51,090 nucleotides of DNA from Verrucomicrobia bacterium Opi.OSU.00C. Lineage in GTDB: Bacteria; Verrucomicrobiota; Verrucomicrobiia; Opitutales; PNEW01. The stretch spans positions 1-51,090 of the forward strand of contig PNEW01000004.1 in NCBI GenBank assembly GCA_002922725.1, read 5' to 3'. Below the pieces are notes generated by a model. That model saw only the letters and a program-made list of their open reading frames with translations, ran no database searches and was not told the DNA's origin. Positions within the stretch are counted from its first letter, which is position 1. Every line of letters begins with the position of its first letter. The translations under genes were made by a program, and so were the position numbers. Below, one piece after another: positions 49,073-51,090 of the stretch.

Positions 49073-50239
49073 TTATATACCCTTAGTTTTTAATTCACTT
49101 TTAGGATCAATCCATTGTGATGCCACCAATGAAAACATGGCGATAATCGCACCACTTAAAAAAATTAGTTTATAGCCATAATAATACCACACCATCCCCC
49201 CTATTAGAGGCACGGTAACTGCGGCTACATGATTCATTGTCACCCCCATTGAAATCGTCGGCTTTAGTTCTTCAGCAGGAGTAATTTTGTTAATATAGGT
49301 CGTCAGTGCTATACCTTCGAAAAAGAGGAGATTATCAATGCAAAAAAGTGTATATAGGATAAACCGAGATTCAATGATCGCATAACCTATAAACACAAAA
49401 ATTAGTCCGAAATAAGTAATACTTAACATCAATCGCTCCCCACGAGTATCAACTAAACGCCCCATGAATGGGGCTACAAGGGTGACAAGTATCTTATTAA
49501 TGAGAACTAAAATCATTGTCGTCGTAATTGGCATACCGTGAACTTTTACAAGAGCGAAAATAGCAAATGTCATAAATATTTGTCTACGACAGCCATCTAG
49601 CACATTAAGAATGTAATAGAGCTGATACCGTTTTTTAAAAACAAACCCTCTCTCAGGTACTAATGGCTGATCTTTCGAGGCAAAAAATATAGCTATCCCT
49701 CCAATAATGGCTACTATTCCACCCATTATAAATAGCCCCTCATAATCAATATAGCGAAAGGTAAAAATACAAATACCAATCGTAATTAACCAGGCAAAAC
49801 TATTTACACTATGAAGTTTTCCCAACCATATCCCCTTATTATTACCGGGGGAAAACTTTAAAGCCATCGCAGATTGAAGTGTTACCCAACCATGAAACCC
49901 AATACTCCATATCACGGAAAACAAAGCAATCGCGACAACGGTGCTTGACCAGGCGTAGCCAATGATTCCCACGCCGAGAATGATCAAAGAAAACCCACCT
50001 AGCACAGGGGCAACTACACGAATCATTAAGGCAATAAAGAGAACGTTCAATAACCCTGGGATCTCTCGCATGGCCTCTATATATCCCAGCTCATGTGCCT
50101 CAATCCCTATGCGCTCGACAATGAAGTTATTAAAGAGGGTCATTTGTACGCCGAAAAATACCCCTAAAGAAAAAACTGCTATAGCTAACAGTGTAAAATC
50201 TCGACCCCAATTAAAAAAATAGTTTTTAACCAGAGTCAT
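49073..50239 (-). CDS. MFS transporter
   Basis: About 12 TM segments, with G..E..REIPG, GRLVDTRGER and NH.AAV..PLIGG. Confidence 0.85.
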   Translation of the reverse strand: MTLVKNYFFNWGRDFTLLAIAVFSLGVFFGVQMTLFNNFIVERIGIEAHELGYIEAMREIPGLLNVLFIALMIRVVAPVLGGFSLIILGVGIIGYAWSSTVVAIALFSVIWSIGFHGWVTLQSAMALKFSPGNNKGIWLGKLHSVNSFAWLITIGICIFTFRYIDYEGLFIMGGIVAIIGGIAIFFASKDQPLVPERGFVFKKRYQLYYILNVLDGCRRQIFMTFAIFALVKVHGMPITTTMILVLINKILVTLVAPFMGRLVDTRGERLMLSITYFGLIFVFIGYAIIESRFILYTLFCIDNLLFFEGIALTTYINKITPAEELKPTISMGVTMNHVAAVTVPLIGGMVWYYYGYKLIFLSGAIIAMFSLVASQWIDPKSELKTKGI

Positions 50240-50340
50240 ACACTACAGTTTTTGATAAAAACAAACAGGCTTTTTATCATATAAGTTATTTATTTTCCGG
50301 GATACCACTTTTCCCTTTATAGGAAATACAATGTATAATT

Positions 50341-50381
50341 AATAAAAAGCCTGCGGTGCATAAATACACCACAGGCTTTAT
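50341..50381 (-). terminator. Rho-independent terminator
   Basis: Minus strand reads AAAGCCUGUGGUG-loop-CACCGCAGGCUUUUUAUU: a long stem with a U:G pair and a U tail. Confidence 0.75.
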
Positions 50382-50544
50382 TTAATTGTTAAAAGTTAAA
50401 TTTAATATACTGACTTTACTAGGCCAAACATCCAATAAAGAAAAGTAAAGCTCTCGTTAACGAAAACTTTCTGAATTAAAGATAAACGGTCAAGACCCCC
50501 ACCAGGAATGGTTAATGTGTTACCGTCTTTCATTAGGAATGCGA

Positions 50545-50628
50545 TCAATCAATCCCAATTTCAAGTAGTTCACGAGGTGTTAAATTCATTTTCGATATTC
50601 CTGGTTTCGCAAATGGTCTATTACTCAT
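50545..50628 (-). CDS. Putative 27-aa small protein MSNRPFAKPGISKMNLTPRELLEIGID
   Basis: The ATG is directly preceded by a perfect extended Shine-Dalgarno AAGGAGGTGATC (50640-50629). It lies between a candidate promoter and a terminator. Confidence 0.45.
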   Translation of the reverse strand: MSNRPFAKPGISKMNLTPRELLEIGID

Positions 50629-50706
50629 GATCACCTCCTTGTTAATATTTGCATTTGAAGTTCGGTTACTTACGACCAATAAGTACCGAATCCGTTAATT
50701 AGGTAA

Positions 50707-50734
50707 ATTGTGCGAACGTAAAATCGTTTGTCAA
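50707..50734 (-). promoter_or_regulatory. Candidate sigma70 promoter
   Basis: Minus strand TTGACA (50734-50729), N16, CACAAT (50712-50707). Confidence 0.45.
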
Positions 50735-50775
50735 GGGGATCAATTACAATTACACACAGGTTTAGCTACCTTACC

Positions 50776-51072
50776 TTACCCGATTTTTTTATCGTGCCCG
50801 TAATATTTTACTCCTCTTTCAATACGCGGTCGATCTTTCTTAACCCTCCAGTTGTTAGTATCACGAAGGCTGTATACACAACCACAATACTCCTGCTGAT
50901 AAAACTCCTCACGTTTTGATAATTCTACCATCCGCTGACTTCCTCCCTGCTTACGCCAATTAAAGGTCCAATAAACCATTGGATAATAGCGACTGGCCGC
51001 ACGTTCGCCACTTTTATTTATTTGATCCATATTTTTCCATCTGGATATCCCCAAGGTGCTAGAGATTAGAGA
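50776..51072 (-). CDS. queH: Epoxyqueuosine reductase QueH (DUF208), C-terminal part only
   Basis: [37 protein letters not shown]. The 5' part is cut off at the adapter/contig end. Confidence 0.9.
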   Translation of the reverse strand, partial: SLISSTLGISRWKNMDQINKSGERAASRYYPMVYWTFNWRKQGGSQRMVELSKREEFYQQEYCGCVYSLRDTNNWRVKKDRPRIERGVKYYGHDKKIG

Positions 51073-51090
51073 TGTCTCTTATACACATCT
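51073..51090 (+). other. Nextera/Tn5 mosaic-end adapter remnant (library artefact)
   Basis: tgtctcttatacacatct is the last 18 nt of the 19-nt mosaic end CTGTCTCTTATACACATCT, at the very end of the sequence and interrupting queH. Confidence 0.95.

Noticed and set aside
50629-50640. GATCACCTCCTT on the + strand resembles the 16S rRNA 3' end
   Set aside because: No other 16S sequence lies upstream. It is better explained as a perfect Shine-Dalgarno on the minus strand.
51073-51090. Tn5/IS50 end as a real mobile element
   Set aside because: It matches the synthetic mosaic end, lies at the contig terminus, and there is no transposase.

Overview
Bacterial genomic window, AT-rich in its core genes. 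It is most likely from Verrucomicrobiota (Opitutae/Opitutales); this is an inference from the dcw gene order with a LysM gene between murD and ftsW, the MurC-MurB fusion, the presence of ftsZ and a PVC-type BMC gene. From left to right it contains: (1) the 3' end of an SDR gene and an acetoin/2-oxoacid dehydrogenase acoC-acoA-acoB operon; (2) a minus-strand block encoding a DapA/NanA-family aldolase with a C-terminal encapsulation-peptide-like helix, a two-domain BMC shell protein, a GH33 sialidase and a C45 hydrolase; (3) a solitary purS; (4) a complete dcw cluster, mraZ to ftsZ; (5) tlyA, NAD kinase and a GYF_2-type membrane protein; (6) a catabolic region with an MFS transporter, a GC-rich sulfatase, AKR, three PhyH dioxygenases, a GHL10-like protein, an SDR and two Gfo/Idh/MocA enzymes; (7) a 1241-aa secreted RCC1-repeat protein with a 60-bp tandem repeat; (8) a second MFS gene, an unannotated structured small transcription unit and a truncated queH ending in a Nextera/Tn5 adapter. 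The best candidate for an undescribed system is the satellite microcompartment locus (class I aldolase with an encapsulation peptide, a shell protein and a sialidase). Other notable points are an FtsZ lacking the catalytic T7-loop Asp, a G9 frameshift in ftsA, and the structured sORF/ncRNA unit at about 50.34-50.73 kb. All calls come from motif recognition by eye; no database searches were run.
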